64,000 bases of DNA from Azolla caroliniana (Eukaryota > Plantae > Polypodiophyta). Shown one piece after another: positions 1 through 12,829 of this stretch; within the stretch, counting starts at the first letter, position 1, and every line of letters starts with the position of its first letter. A model generated the notes under the pieces. It was not told where the DNA came from and did not search any database. It was given only the letters and a program-made list of their open reading frames with translations. The position numbers were made by a program, and so were the translations under genes. The DNA lies in the NCBI GenBank assembly GCA_043228905.1, contig JBHGNT010000013.1, positions 14,198,001-14,262,000 on the forward strand, in the 5' to 3' direction.

Positions 1-1
1 C

Positions 2-1762
2 TTTCTTGGAAGTGCATTGGTAGATGCTCTTGCTAAATGTGGTATGCTTGGGAAAGCGCTAGAAGTCTTTGAAAAACTTCCGGTTAGAGATGTGGTCTCA
101 TGGAATTCTCTCATTTCTGGGTATTCCACTCATGGATATGGTGCAAATGCTCTTGATTGCTTTGAACAAATGCAAAGAGAAGGATTCATTCCGACATCTG
201 TCTCTTATGTTTGTGCATTAAATGCTTGTGGTAGTACTGGGGACATGTGTAAAGGAATGAAAGTACATGATGAGATAGCTCAAAAGGGATTGGAAATATG
301 TCCACATATTGGGAGTGCTTTGGTTGATATGTATGCTATGTGTGGATTGTTTGAATCAGCGAAGAAAGTGATTGATAGACTTCAATGCCGGAATATTGTC
401 TCCTGGACTGCTTTGATCAAAGGTTACATTCAACATGCTTATTGTGAAGAAGCACTTGCTTGCTTTGAGAAAATTCAAAGGGAGGGAATAACTCCCGATG
501 CCATTGCTTTTACTTCCAGCTTGAAAGCATGTGCGCACATGGAAGCTCTAGACAAAGGCATGGGAATACATGCAGAGATTTTAAGAAGGGGTTTAGATGA
601 GAACACTCTTATCTCTTGTGCGCTGGTTGACATGTATGCAAAGTGTGGTGCACTTCGAAAAGCACGGGAGGTGTTTGATAAGCTTCTCCTCAGAGATGTA
701 GCCTTGTGGAATGCGTTGATTGCTGGTTATGTGGACCACGAATACGTTGAACAAGGGCTGAGATGTTTTGAGCAAATGCAAGATGAGAACATTCCTCCTG
801 ACGCAGTCACATTTATCGCTATTCTGAAAGCGTGTGCATACATGGCCGATTTAGAACAGGGAGAAAAAATACACCATGAGATCTCTAGAAGAGGGTTGGA
901 TAAAGACATGGTTGTTGGAAGTGCTTTGATTGATATGTATGCGGAATGTGGCTCACTTACTAAAGCAAGGGAGGTATTTGATAGTCTTTCAGCCCATGAT
1001 ATGGTTTCATGGACAGTGTTGATTGCAGGGTATGCCGAACATGGACATGGTGAGGAAGCTCTACAATGCTTTCAAGAGATGAAAGACGAGGGATTCTCAC
1101 CAAGTGTGGTCACAATTGCTTGCACTTTAAAAGCTTGTGCAAGTATTGGATCATTAGACAAAGGTGAAAGGATTCATAATGAGGTTGCCACAAATTTGGA
1201 AAAAGAACACTTGATTAACAATGCATTGATTGATATGTATGCAAAATGTGGGTTATGTGCAAGAGCGGAGGACGTGTTTGACAAACTTGAGATCCGGGAT
1301 GTAGTTTCATGGAACACACTTATGTGTGGATATGCTCAGCTTGGTGATTGTGAAATGGTTTTTCGTATCCTGCATCGCATGCTGGGTGAAGGTAGACGGC
1401 CAAACTCTGTAACGTTATTAACTGTACTGAATGCATGTAGTCATGCGGGGTTGGCAAATGATGGGAAAATATTCTTCGAGCTTCTCAGTAATGATGAGTA
1501 CCCCCCATCACTTGAACACTATACATGTATGCTTGATCTACTTGGGCGTGCTGGACAATTAAAGGATGCGATATATATTGTCAGTAAAATGAGAGTTGAT
1601 CCCGATATTGTAGTCTGGCATACTCTATTTGGTGCTTGTCAAAAATGGGGGAATGTGCATCTTGCCGAAAAAGTGTTCAACCAGGCAGTTCAAGTAAACA
1701 AGATAGATGCTGCAGCCTATGTCAGTCTGGCGAATGTGTATGCTGATGACAATGATCTATGA
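2..1762 (+). CDS. PLS-class pentatricopeptide repeat protein with E domain (5'-truncated by window edge), probable organellar RNA-editing specificity factor
   Basis: Repeated P-L-S triplets (ALVDMYAKCG...RDVVSWN.LI.GY...PDAVTF..ILKAC), then LEHYTCMLDLLGRAG and the E motif VWHTLFGACQKWGN...AAYVSLANVYA, then stop. The frame is open back to base 2 (FLGSALVD), so the true start lies upstream. No DYW domain. Confidence 0.93.
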   Translation, partial: FLGSALVDALAKCGMLGKALEVFEKLPVRDVVSWNSLISGYSTHGYGANALDCFEQMQREGFIPTSVSYVCALNACGSTGDMCKGMKVHDEIAQKGLEICPHIGSALVDMYAMCGLFESAKKVIDRLQCRNIVSWTALIKGYIQHAYCEEALACFEKIQREGITPDAIAFTSSLKACAHMEALDKGMGIHAEILRRGLDENTLISCALVDMYAKCGALRKAREVFDKLLLRDVALWNALIAGYVDHEYVEQGLRCFEQMQDENIPPDAVTFIAILKACAYMADLEQGEKIHHEISRRGLDKDMVVGSALIDMYAECGSLTKAREVFDSLSAHDMVSWTVLIAGYAEHGHGEEALQCFQEMKDEGFSPSVVTIACTLKACASIGSLDKGERIHNEVATNLEKEHLINNALIDMYAKCGLCARAEDVFDKLEIRDVVSWNTLMCGYAQLGDCEMVFRILHRMLGEGRRPNSVTLLTVLNACSHAGLANDGKIFFELLSNDEYPPSLEHYTCMLDLLGRAGQLKDAIYIVSKMRVDPDIVVWHTLFGACQKWGNVHLAEKVFNQAVQVNKIDAAAYVSLANVYADDNDL

Positions 1763-4469
1763 TTATATGTTCTGTAAGAATGAATAGTGACACTAATAGT
1801 GCTAGGGGGGTTTCCTAGTGGTTTGGATCCTGGTTGTAAGTTGGAAGTGCAACTCCTACACCCACTCATGGCTGTTGCAACTGGGATTGATCCTCCATTA
1901 AGAGTAAAACATTCACTGACAAGGTCCATGTTATACAGTATAAATAGAGGAGCAGGATGACAAACTCAGTTGGTTTTTGCCATGAAGGAAAGTAAATCAA
2001 GGGCATGCTGATTTTCCATCCTGAAGGATGGAAAGGAGTTCCTAGTTAATGAAATTAGTGAAGATGATACTCATAATCCGACCTTCCATGAAGCTCTACA
2101 TTGGACGGAGGACACAAATGCTGTCACGACAATGAATGGCACAAAGGGAGGGAAAAAATCAACTAGAAGATCAGTTTATTTGTATAATATCTTGGAAGGA
2201 CCTCTATTTGGTACACCGCATGTTTTAACTTGTGTTGATGTTCAGCTGATATATCTCGCAAGAAATGAAGACGCATCATGTCTATATTTTAGATGTTGTA
2301 ATATTGATCAAAAGCATCCTAGTTTCTTTTGCATGGCTTCAATGAGGGCCATTTTAACAATTAAAGCAAGGAGACTTGGTGATGAGATGCCCTGACATGT
2401 TTCTCTACAGTATAGCATAATTCCCTTTCTTCTGTACAATGGTGAATGTGGAATGTGAACATACAAACAAAATGTATCAGCTTTGCATTCTTGTGATCTA
2501 TTGATTTCTGATCCCTCTTTGATAAATATTTGAAGTAAGAGAGTTGGTCTTATATGCAATATATGCCATGGGTATGTTCAATCTTGCATACGTGAACACA
2601 CTAAGATTAGGATACATTTCAAATATTTAATGTAAATATTGGTATGTGCCACATGTTAAATGGCAAACATACTCTTGTGGTCTAGAATGACCACACATAT
2701 ATCGAAGGAAAGCTGACCATGGATGTTCCAAAGAGGATCACCCTCACTTCACAATAGCTCTACATGAAATGCATGAAAACTTAAGATGTCATATTGTTTC
2801 ACATGAAGTAATGACACTTAAGTCGTCTTTCAGAGAGACATGCCACCTTCATATATGATTATTATGGGGCATTGAGGTTAAAAGCAAATGCATTGTCTCA
2901 CTCGTATGGGGTATCTTTCATGCAGCCCGTACAAAATTGGCCCATTGGGATTTACATTTAAACTTAAATCATTGGAATCTAAAGCAAGTACGTTGGATCC
3001 CTTCTCCTTATGAAAGCTACTTTGAACCTTGGATTCATTCCTTCTTGCAAAGAGAAGTCTTTTATACATATGCCGAATGAGGTTCTATTGATCTTTTTCT
3101 AAGATGGAAAACTCAACTTCCAAGGTTCATTGGTTAGATAGATAGACGCTTTTTAAGTGTCAATAGAGCAGCCAATATTGACCCTTGGGATTTGGTATAC
3201 AAGTTTTATTGATGTGTGTTTCCTTCCTAAAAAGGGATATTCATAGTTTGAAGCACAAAGTCTCTATGCATGAATAAGGCATACACATAAGTGCTCAACC
3301 TTCTAGGTGGTGTCTTAAGCATGACACTCAAGTTATCACACCCTCTTAATGCATCATTGTAACTTTCACGAATTGCACTATATGTTGAGTAGTGAAAACC
3401 AAGTGATATTCATCCTCTACCATGCATTCATCATTCCTTTATTTTTGATGCCATAGTGCAACTTCAATACCTAGCTTGTGTGTTCCAAGTGCGAAGGAAT
3501 GGAGGGCTCTATGAGAGTTAATACTCATGATTGGTAATGAGAAGATTAAATACGATTGTTAAGTATCCAACTCGGCCTTAACCATGTGGCCAAGCCGACC
3601 ACTTTATGTAAATTATCTCAAGTTGATATTGTGGCAACATGGGGCAGGGTGACACTTGCGAAGAGTTGGTCAGTGATATTAACCCCAACAAAAAGAGGGT
3701 CGTAAGCTGCAAGTTTTGAACCCAACTGATTTCAAGTCTTTTGCCTTACCAAGTCGGCCAAGTTGACCGCTTTACGTAATCTCAAGTTGATATTGTGGCA
3801 CATAGGGCAAGGTGGCACTTGCGAAGCGTATGTAAGTGATATTAACCCTAACAAAAGGAAAGTCGTCGGCTACAAGGTTCGAACCTATGCATGCGAACCA
3901 AACAGATTTGAATTTGTCGCCTTAGCCATTCGGCCAATCTAAAGGTTTTTATAATCTTCAGGTTATACATGATCCAGAGTAGAGCGACATTAGTGAACAA
4001 CTGCTCAGTGATATTAACCCTGACAAAGGGTAGTCATCGACTGTAGGGTTCGAACCTACCTGCGCGAGCGAACCCAACAGATTTCAAGTCTGTCGCCTTA
4101 ACCACTCGGCGAAGCCGACCGCTTTTTTCGTGATCTTCTTTTCTGAACTTGGCACAAAGAGCACGGTGGCACTTGCGACAACGTTGTTATTGATAGTAAC
4201 TCTGACAAAAAGGGTTAGTCGTTGGTTGCAAGGTTCGAACCTGCGTGAGCGAACCCAACAAATTTCAAGTCTGTCACCTTAACCACTTGACCAAGCTGAT
4301 CGCGTTTTCATAACTTTCTTTTCTTAGCATGGCACAAATAGCACGAACAACACGAACAACACTTGCGACGACGTTGTTATTGATAGCAACCCCGAAAAAA
4401 GGGGAGTCGTTGGCTGCAAGATTCGAACTTGCGCGGGCGAACCCAATAGATTTAAAGTTTGTCTGTAGG

Positions 4470-5102
4470 CATAGATTGACATATTCGCATTCGTCGGGTT
4501 TCCCATTCGAATGCAAACGAATACGAATACGAATGGGCGGTCAAGTATTCGTTTAACTTTAAAAAAAACAAAAAAAACTTTGTCTTTTTTAATTTTCTAG
4601 GATAAAAAAAAAGGAGCTTAAACAATAAATAGGGATAATAAAAGAGAGACTTGGGGATTTGTCATTATTAAATTTTTATAATAAATGTATAACTTATAAA
4701 TTATAAGTATTTATTTTATTTTTAATAAATAAAATAAAAGCTCATTAATTTCTCACTTTTTATTCCCTCAAAATTTATGGATATTTTTATTTTGACATTA
4801 AAAATAGTACTTCAAACTAATAATATATTCAAAGTTTATACTAATCATATTTGTATAGTAAATATAAAAATATTCGTTTTTTAAAAATTGATTAATTAAA
4901 ATAAGTTTCATAAACTGTCTTGACACTATAATTTATTAATGAATAATTGTTCTTTTTTTGGTAAAATAAATAAATAAATATTTTATATCTATTTTACAAA
5001 ACGAATGGTTTTTTAATATTCTTAGGGCCATTTCATATTCTCGAATATAAAGAATATTGCACATGGAGAATATCACGAATATCACGCATGTGTCAATCTA
5101 TG
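4470..5102. mobile_element. MITE / non-autonomous hAT-like DNA transposon, copy 1
   Basis: 12-bp TIRs CATAGATTGACA...TGTCAATCTATG, perfect 8-bp TSD TCTGTAGG (4462-4469 and 5103-5110), very AT-rich non-coding interior. Confidence 0.88.
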
Positions 5103-5436
5103 TCTGTAGGGTTCGTAATCTTCTTTTCCTAACCTTGCATAGACGGCACGACAGCACCAACGATGACGTGTTATTGATAGTAACCCCGACAAAACGGGAG
5201 TTGTCGGTTGTAGGTTTGAACTTGCGCGAGCTAACCCAACAGGTTTGAAGTCTTTCGCCTTAAACACTTGGCCAAACCGACGTCTTTTCCGCAATCTTAT
5301 TTTCTTAACATGGCACAAAGGGCACGACGGTACCTACGACGACGTGGTTATTGATAGTAACCTAGACAAAAGGGAAGTCATCGACTGCAGGGTTCGAACC
5401 TGCGTGGGCGAACCCAATAGATTTCAAGTATGTCGC

Positions 5437-6095
5437 CATAGATTGACACATGCGTGATATTCGTCATATTCTCTATGCGTGATATTCACAATATTCGAGA
5501 ATACGAAATGGCCCCAAGAATATTATAAAACCATTCATTTTATAAAATAAATATAAAAAACATTAATTAATTCATTTTTTATTTAAATAAATTTAATTCA
5601 CTAAAAAAAGAACAATCATTCATTAATAGATTATAAACATATAATTAGTATTTACTCTCCTTTATAGTGTCAAATAAAAAATGGAGAAGTTTATGAACCT
5701 TTATTTTAATTAATTAATTAAAAAAACAAATATTTGTATAATTATTATAGAAATATGATTAGCATGAAGTCCAATTTTTAATGTCAAAATAAAAATATCC
5801 ATAATTTTTGAAAGAATCAAAAGTGAGGAATTAATGAACCTTTATTTTATTTTATTTATTTATTAAAATTTAAATAAAATGAATACTTTTATATTTATTA
5901 TAAAAATTTATTAATGTCAAGTCCCTCTTTTAGTGTCCCTTTTTAGTGTCAAGTCCTTTTTTTTTTTTCCTAGTAAATAGTTCTTGGACATTTTTGTGTG
6001 TGTGTGGGTAAAACGAATACTTGACCTTGCATTCGTATGCATATTCGTTTGCATTAGAATAGGAAACCCCACGAATGCGAATATGTTAATCTATG
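5437..6095. mobile_element. MITE / non-autonomous hAT-like DNA transposon, copy 2 (opposite orientation to copy 1)
   Basis: TIRs CATAGATTGACA...TGTTAATCTATG. Flanks TATGTCGC / TCTATCGC are a degenerate 8-bp TSD of the tRNA consensus TCTGTCGC. Subterminal sequences are the reverse complement of copy 1. Confidence 0.85.
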
Positions 6096-8656
6096 TCTAT
6101 CGCCTTAACCACTCGGCCAAACCAATTGCTTTTCCATAATCTTATTTTTTTAACCTGGCAGAAAGGGCTTGGCGATACCTATGACGACGTGGTTATTGTA
6201 AGTAACCCTGACAAAAGGGGAGTCATGGTTATTGGTAGTAACCCCGACAAAAGTCAAGGAGTAGTCAGCTACAAGGTTAGAACTTGCGCAGGTGAACCCA
6301 ACAGGTTTCGAGTCTGTCGCCTTAACCACTCGGCCAAGCTGACCACATTTTCATAATCCTCTTTTATTTACCTTCCACAAAGGGCACAACGACACCTATG
6401 ATGATGTGGTTATTGATAGTAACCCCGACAAAATGGGAGTCGTCCATTGTAGGGTTCGAACTTACGTGGGTGAACCCAACAGATTTCAAGTTTGTCACCT
6501 TAACAACTCGGCCAAGCCGATTGCCTTTTCATAATCTTATTTTCTTAACTTGGCACAAAGGCTGTGACAACACCTATGATGACGTGCTTATTGATAGTAA
6601 CCCTAATGAAAAGGGCCTCGTCGATCACAAGTTTCGAACCTGAGCGGGCGGATCCAACATATTTCAAGTGTGTCATCATAACCATTCGGCAAAGCCGACC
6701 GCTTTTTCATATTATTTTCTTAACATGGCACAAAGGGCATGGTAGCACTTACGACGACGTGATTATTTGTAGTAACCGTGACAAAGAGGAGAGTCGTTGG
6801 CTGCAGGGTTCAAACCTGCTCAGGGGAGGCCAACAGACTTCGAGTCTATCGCCTTAACCACTCGTCCAAGCCGATTGTTTTTTCATAATTTTTTTTGTTC
6901 TTCACCGTGCTCCTAGGGCACGATGGCACTTGTGAGGATGTGTTTATTGATAATAACCTCGACAAAAGGGGAGTCGTCGACTGCAGGGTTCGAACCTTCG
7001 CGGGCGAACCCAATTGATTACGAGTTTGTCATCTTAAGCACTTGGCCAAGACGAGCTCTCTTTCATATTCTTTTGTTCTTCACCTGACACAAAGGGCATG
7101 GTGACACTTGCGACAACGTCGGGCGAACACATTAGATTTCATGTCTGTCACCTTAACCACTCGACCAAGCCGACTGCTTTTTCGTATTCATGACAAATGG
7201 AGGGCTCATCGGCTACAGGCTTCGAACCTAAGCAGGTGAACCCAACATATTTCGAGTCTCTCGGCACAACAATACTTTCGACCACATAGGTAATGATAGT
7301 AACCCCCCATCCCCCTCTAGGGTTCGAACTTGCCGGGGGGAACCCAACAGATTTAAAGTTTGTAGCGTTGAATACGCGGCCAAACCGACGACTTTTGCAT
7401 AAAATTAATGAAAGGGCACGTCAACATCTATGACGACGTGGTTATTAATAGTGCCCCTAACAAAATAGTAGTCATCGGTAGTAGTGTTTGATCGTGAGCT
7501 AGCGAACCCAATAGATTCCGAGTCTTCTTCTTAACTAGGCATAGAGGGCATGGTGGCACCTATGATGATGTGGTTATTGGTAGTAACCTGGACCAAAATG
7601 GTTGTCGTCGGATGCAAGGTTCGAACCTACACGGGTGAACCCAACAAATTTCAAGTCTGTCGCCTTAACCACTCAACCAAACTGACTAGTTATTTGCAAT
7701 TTGATTTTCATAACTTTGAACAAAGGGTGTCGCGGCAGCTATGATAACGTGGTTATTGATAGTAACATTGACAAAAGGGGAGACGTTGACTGTAGTGTTA
7801 GATCGTGATCTAGCGAATCCAACTGATTTTGAGTCTTCGTCTTAACCACTCGGCCAAGGCAACCACATGTTCATCTTAAACTTGGCACGGAGGGCATGGC
7901 GACACCTATGATGATGTGGTTCTTGGTAGTAACCCGGACAAAAGGGGAGTCGTAGGCTGTAGGGTTGAACGTGCGTGGGCGAACCCAACAGATTTGGAGT
8001 CTGTCTCCTTAACCACTCGGCCAAGCACACCACATTTTCATAAAATCTAGTTTCGTTTGCCTTGGACAAAGAGCACAATGACATCTACATTGACTTGGTT
8101 GTTGACATAATCTTATCAAAATGGGTTTCATTGGCTGCTAGATTCAAACTTGTGCGGGCAAACACATTAGATTTCATGTTTGTCACCTTAACCACTCGAC
8201 CAAGCCGATTGCTTTTTCGTAATCATGAGAAAAGGAGACTCATCGGCAGCAGGCTTCGAACCTAAGCAAGCGAACCCAACACATTTCGAGTCTCTCGGCA
8301 CAACGATACTTTCGACCACATAGGTAATGATAGTAACCCCCCACCCCCCTCTAGGGTTTGAACTTGCCGGGGGGAACCCAACAAACAGATTTGAAGGTTG
8401 TAGCATTGAATACTCGGCCAAACCGACAACTTTTGCATAATATTAATTTGTTAACCTGGCACAAAGGGCACGTCGACATCTATGACGATGTGGCTATTGA
8501 TAGTAACCCTAACAAAACATGTGTCATCGGTTGTAGTGTTTGATCGTGAGCTAGCGAATCCAATAGATTCCGAGTCTTCTTCTTAACCTGGCATAGAGGG
8601 CATGGTGGCACCTACGATGATGTAGTTATTGGTAGTAACTCGGACAAAAGGGTAGT

Positions 8657-8737
8657 CGTCGGCTGTAGGGTTCGAACCTACGTGGGCGAACCCAACAGAT
8701 TTCAAGTCTGTCGCCTTAACCACTCGGCCAAACCGAC
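8657..8737 (-). tRNA. tRNA-Ser(UGA), structurally intact copy within the array
   Basis: Acceptor stem GTCGGTT/AGCCGAC plus discriminator G; A box TGGCCGAGTGG; anticodon arm ACAGA-CT-TGA-AA-TCTGT; long variable arm TGGGTTCGCCCA; T arm GTAGG-TTCGAAC-CCTAC; downstream TTTT. Confidence 0.85.
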
Positions 8738-10380
8738 TAGTTATTTGCAATATTATTTTCTTAACTTGGAACAAAGGGCGTCACGACAACTATGATAACA
8801 TGGTTATTGATAGTAACATTGACAAAATGGGAGACGTCGGCTGTAGTGTTCGATCGTGGTCTAGAGAATCCAACAGATTTTGAGTCTTAGTCTTAACCAC
8901 TCGGCCAAGGTAACCGCTTGTTCATCTTAAACTTGGCACGGAGGGCATGGCGGCACGTACGACGATGTGGTAATTGGTAGTAACCTGGACAAAAGGGGAG
9001 TCGTAGGCTGTAGGGTTGAACGTACAAGAGCGAACCCAACAGATTTTGAGTTTGTCGCCTTAACCACTTGGCCAAGCCAACTACATTTTCATAAAATCTA
9101 GTTTCGTTTGCCTTTGACAAAGAGCACAACGACATCTACGTTGACGTGGTTATTGATAGTAGCCCTATCAAAATGGGTTTCATTGGTTGCTAGGTTCAAA
9201 CTTGTGCGGGCGAACACATTAGATTTCATGTCTGTCACCTTAACCACTTGACCAAGCCGACTGCTTTTTCGTATTCATGACAAATGGAGGGCTCATCGGC
9301 TGTAGGCTTTGAACCTAAGTAGGCGAATCCAACATATTTCGAGTCTCTCGGCACCATGATACTTTCGACCACATAGGTAATGATAGTACCCCCCCCCCCT
9401 CTAGGGTTCGAACTTGCCCGGGCGAACCCAACATATTTGAAGTTTGTAGTGTTGAATACTCGGCTAAACCGACGACTTTTCCGTAATATTAATTTGTTAA
9501 CCTAGCACGTCGGCACCACTTGATTATTGATACTAACCCCGACAAAAGGGGAGTCGTCGGCTGCTAGGCTCAAACCTGCGCGGGCGAACCCAACATATTT
9601 CTAGTCTAATGCCTTACCCACTCGATCAAACCGACTACTTTTTTGCAATCTTATTTTTTTAACGTGGAACGAAGGACGTGGCGACAGCTATGATAACGTG
9701 GTTATTGATAGTAACACTAACAAAAGGGGAGACGTTGGTTGTAGTGTTCGATCGAGATCTAGCGAATCCAACATATTTCGAGTCTTGGTCTTAACCACTC
9801 AGCCAAGGCAACTGCTTGTGCATCTTAAACCTTTCATAGAGGGCATGGCGGCACCTACGACAATGTGGTTATTGGTAGTGACCCGGACAAAAGGGGAATC
9901 GTAGGCTGCAGGGTTGAACTTGCACGAGCGACCCCAACAGATTTCGAGTCTATTGCCTTAACCACTCGGCCAAGCCAACCACATTTTCATATAATCTAGT
10001 TTCGTTTTCCTTGGACAAAGAACACAACGACATCTACATTGACGTGGCTATTGATAATAACCCTGACAAAATTGGTTTCATCGGCTGTACGGTTTAAACT
10101 TGTGCGGGCGAACCCCTCAGATTTCATGTTTGTCACCTTGACCACTCGGACAAGCTGAATTCTTTTCATAATCCTGAGAAAAGGAGACTTATCGGCTGCA
10201 GGTTTCAAATCTAAGCCAGCGAACCCAACATATTTCAAGTCTCTCGACACAATGATACTTTCGACTACATAGGTAATGATAGTAACCCCCCCCTTCTATG
10301 GTGCGAACTTTCTCGGGCGAACCCAACAGATTTAAAGTTTGTAGCGTTGAATACTCGGCTGAACTGATCACTTTTCCATA

Positions 10381-10442
10381 TGTTGAGGGGCAAGCTCAAC
10401 TATATCCGGATCGGCTGAATAAGCCTGAGCTAGATCGATATC
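10381..10442 (+). mobile_element. 5' fragment of a Copia-like LTR, related to the LTR at 21014
   Basis: TGTTGAGGGGCAAGCTCAACTATATCCGGATCGGCTGAATAAGCCTGAGC matches the start of the 21014 LTR with about 10 mismatches in 62 bp. Confidence 0.65.
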
Positions 10443-11809
10443 AATGCTCAAGGAAGAGGAAAGATCAAGGCCGCAAGCCGACGCTGAGGAGATGGATTTG
10501 CCCCACGAGTTGGAAGAAGATCAATATGACGGTACCACGGGAGAGGATGCGGAACATAATGCCCTCTTGGATTGCGGAGATAGAACGACCGAGGACAAGG
10601 CCGAGATACCGATCGCAGAATCGGAACGTTGGGACCGGCGGTTTCGGGCAGGTTAGCCTGAAACTCCGGACATTGAAAAAACAAGCCCAGGTGGGGCTTT
10701 TGCAATCGGGAAGAAGACGACCATCGACCACGAGGGGCCGGTGGCTACAGACAAGGACGTAAATAGGACGGACAATTCTTTGTGTCTTCCCACACTTGCT
10801 CCCAAGATGATGGCAGTCGGGCCTGAGTGCCCACGTGAGTCCCAAGAGGAGGAAGGCGGTGGCGTGAGACCGAGAATTGCCGACGAGATGATGCGAGGAA
10901 GGAGCAGACAAAAGCCCTCAGAACCGATTCCGGAGAACTCGGCATTCGGGCCTTCATGCCCACGTGAGACCAAGGAGATGGATGACGGTATCGATGAGTC
11001 CTGGCACGATGCCAGCGAAGATGGATGGGAAATGGCCCACGAGAAGGTCGACGAAGGAACCAAGAAACGACCCGACCGGGGACCAAACCGCGCGGCACTC
11101 CGACTCGGGTGGAGCGCGATCCGGTCGTGGATTATTAGACCGGGGCCAGAATCGACATGAAGGTGCCGATACAGAAGAGGGTGCGGAATGAGCCACCCTC
11201 TTTTACATGGGGAGAAAGACCGACCGAGCGAAGGTCGGGAATTGAAAGGAAGGTGATCAAGGGTTCAGAACGAGTCCGACAGGATCAACATCAGAGCCGA
11301 AACTCCTGACATTGGAGAATCAAGCAAACTCCTGACATTGGAGAATCAAGCCCATGCGGGGCTTGGTTGATCACAGAGCGGATGCTATCCACTGACACCA
11401 CTAAAAGGGTCGGTGGCCTGGGACGAGTCGCCAGAAGATGTTACAAAATCGGTTACCCCACATCTTGTCTGGAGACTTCGGAAGTTCGGCCGACGTGGCA
11501 ACGTGAGATCAAAAGAGATGGAAGATGGAGGCGGGAACGCAGCAAGGAGAGCGACGACGAGTCCGGGAGAAGTACAAGGGACGAAGTGGAGAGCGAAGAC
11601 CAGTCCTATGGGTCACCTCACATTGGATCTAGAGACTTCGGCGGTTGGCATTGGATCCGATGTAAGACCAAGATACTGACGGTGGCGGTAGGAGGACGGG
11701 ACCCGGCAATCCAGAGAATGACGAACGGACCCAGACGGGAACCGGGCGGGGCGGACTTCCGGATAACCGACCCGGAAGAGGGGAGAGAGCAGGCCTACGA
11801 AGAGGCCGG
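10443..11809 (+). mobile_element. Degenerate GC-rich internal sequence related to non-autonomous element G (continues at 20000-20255 and 20890-20990)
   Basis: Shares the motifs GGTACCACGGGAGAGG.TGCGGA, GAGCCACCCTC, CTAGAGACT(C/T)CGGC and GTGAGACC with 24900-26900. Contains a 26-bp tandem duplication at about 11300-11351. Confidence 0.6.
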
Positions 11810-12829
11810 TGTCGTGGCGTGGCTTGCCTAGAAGCGTAGCGTTGCGTAGACAAAAGATATTGTGAAAGTGAGGAAGGAATCACTGGGATTATGGACGGAA
11901 GAGACGAAAGAGTAGAGATAGAGTAAATAGAGATCAACAAGATATGATAAGATAGGATATTGAATGATATTTGAAGGAATAAAAGAGATTTATAATTATT
12001 TGATGAAAGAGTTACAAAAGTGGTTGTAAGCGTCGTTGATCCTTCGAACTTGGTCTCACAAGATAATCACTCTTCTCTTTCTTGATAGTAGGCCACAACA
12101 ATCTTCACTTCAATATTTTGATGAAGATAACGCTCGAACCGCCTCCCTCTTGTTGAGAGTTGACCACCACGATCGCCAAGCTAGAGCTCCACCTTTATGT
12201 TGAACTTCTTCCTTTCTTTCTCTATTTTATGGTATCTCTTATGTAATATATATTTGATTGATATCTCATACCTCTCCCCCTTTGATCTTCTCTTTCACCA
12301 TTTAAATAGGTGCCCCCATGCATATGATGCATTGGAGGGTACAAGTCATGCATGTAGTGCATGAAATGCATGTGATGCATGATAGGCATCTCGCTCATTT
12401 GAGCTTTCATGTATGAAAAAATATATGGCATAAGAATAAACATGAAAATATGAGGTTGTGGGTTTGAGTCTCTCAAATATTATTGAATACAACATGTAAC
12501 GTCGTTTTTATATCATGAAGCAAATCCTTTATTTTATATATATTATTAGTATAGAGTAAATGGTAAGATTTGAAAGCCATAGGGTGGGGTTATTGGTTCA
12601 AGTCCTCTCTTGTTCGTGTAATATAATATATTTATCTATATATATATATTATTTTTCTTTACATATATATAATATTATGATATGTGTTGTTAATATTATC
12701 TTTATATATAAAACATTATCAAATGTTATTTTAGTTACGTATTTATCTTATTGTAGACTTTTAATGTGAAGCTTTCATACTTCACGACATCCACCCCCTC
12801 TAGACCTACACATCCTCCGGCATGTGCCA

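Larger units (their letters stand above)
3576..10380 (-). repeat. Tandem array of tRNA-Ser genes/pseudogenes, segment 1
   Basis: Recurrent unit of about 135-145 bp. Its reverse complement is GTCGG(T/C)TTGGCCGAGTGGTTAAGGCGACAGACT(T/C)GAAATCTGTTGGGTTCGCCCGCGCAGGTTCGAACCCTGCAGCCGACG, then CCCTTTTG (oligo-T terminator) and a roughly 60-bp spacer. About 40 degenerate copies (estimate). Confidence 0.92.

Noticed and set aside
2860-3240. Possible LINE reverse transcriptase remnant (KVHWL-like peptide near 3120)
   Set aside because: Too short and degenerate to support without a profile search.
5205-5282. Selenocysteine tRNA (TCA anticodon, long variable arm)
   Set aside because: It is a mutated array unit with a normal Ser-type 7-bp acceptor and damaged arms, lacking tRNA-Sec geometry.
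4274-10371. Many short ORFs with recurring peptides (GEPNRFQVCRLNHSAK, IVTPTK)
   Set aside because: They are translations of the tRNA repeat unit in different frames.
3576-10380. CRISPR-like repeat-spacer array
   Set aside because: Spacers are homologous to each other, the repeat is a eukaryotic tRNA-Ser, and there are no cas genes; the context is plant nuclear DNA.
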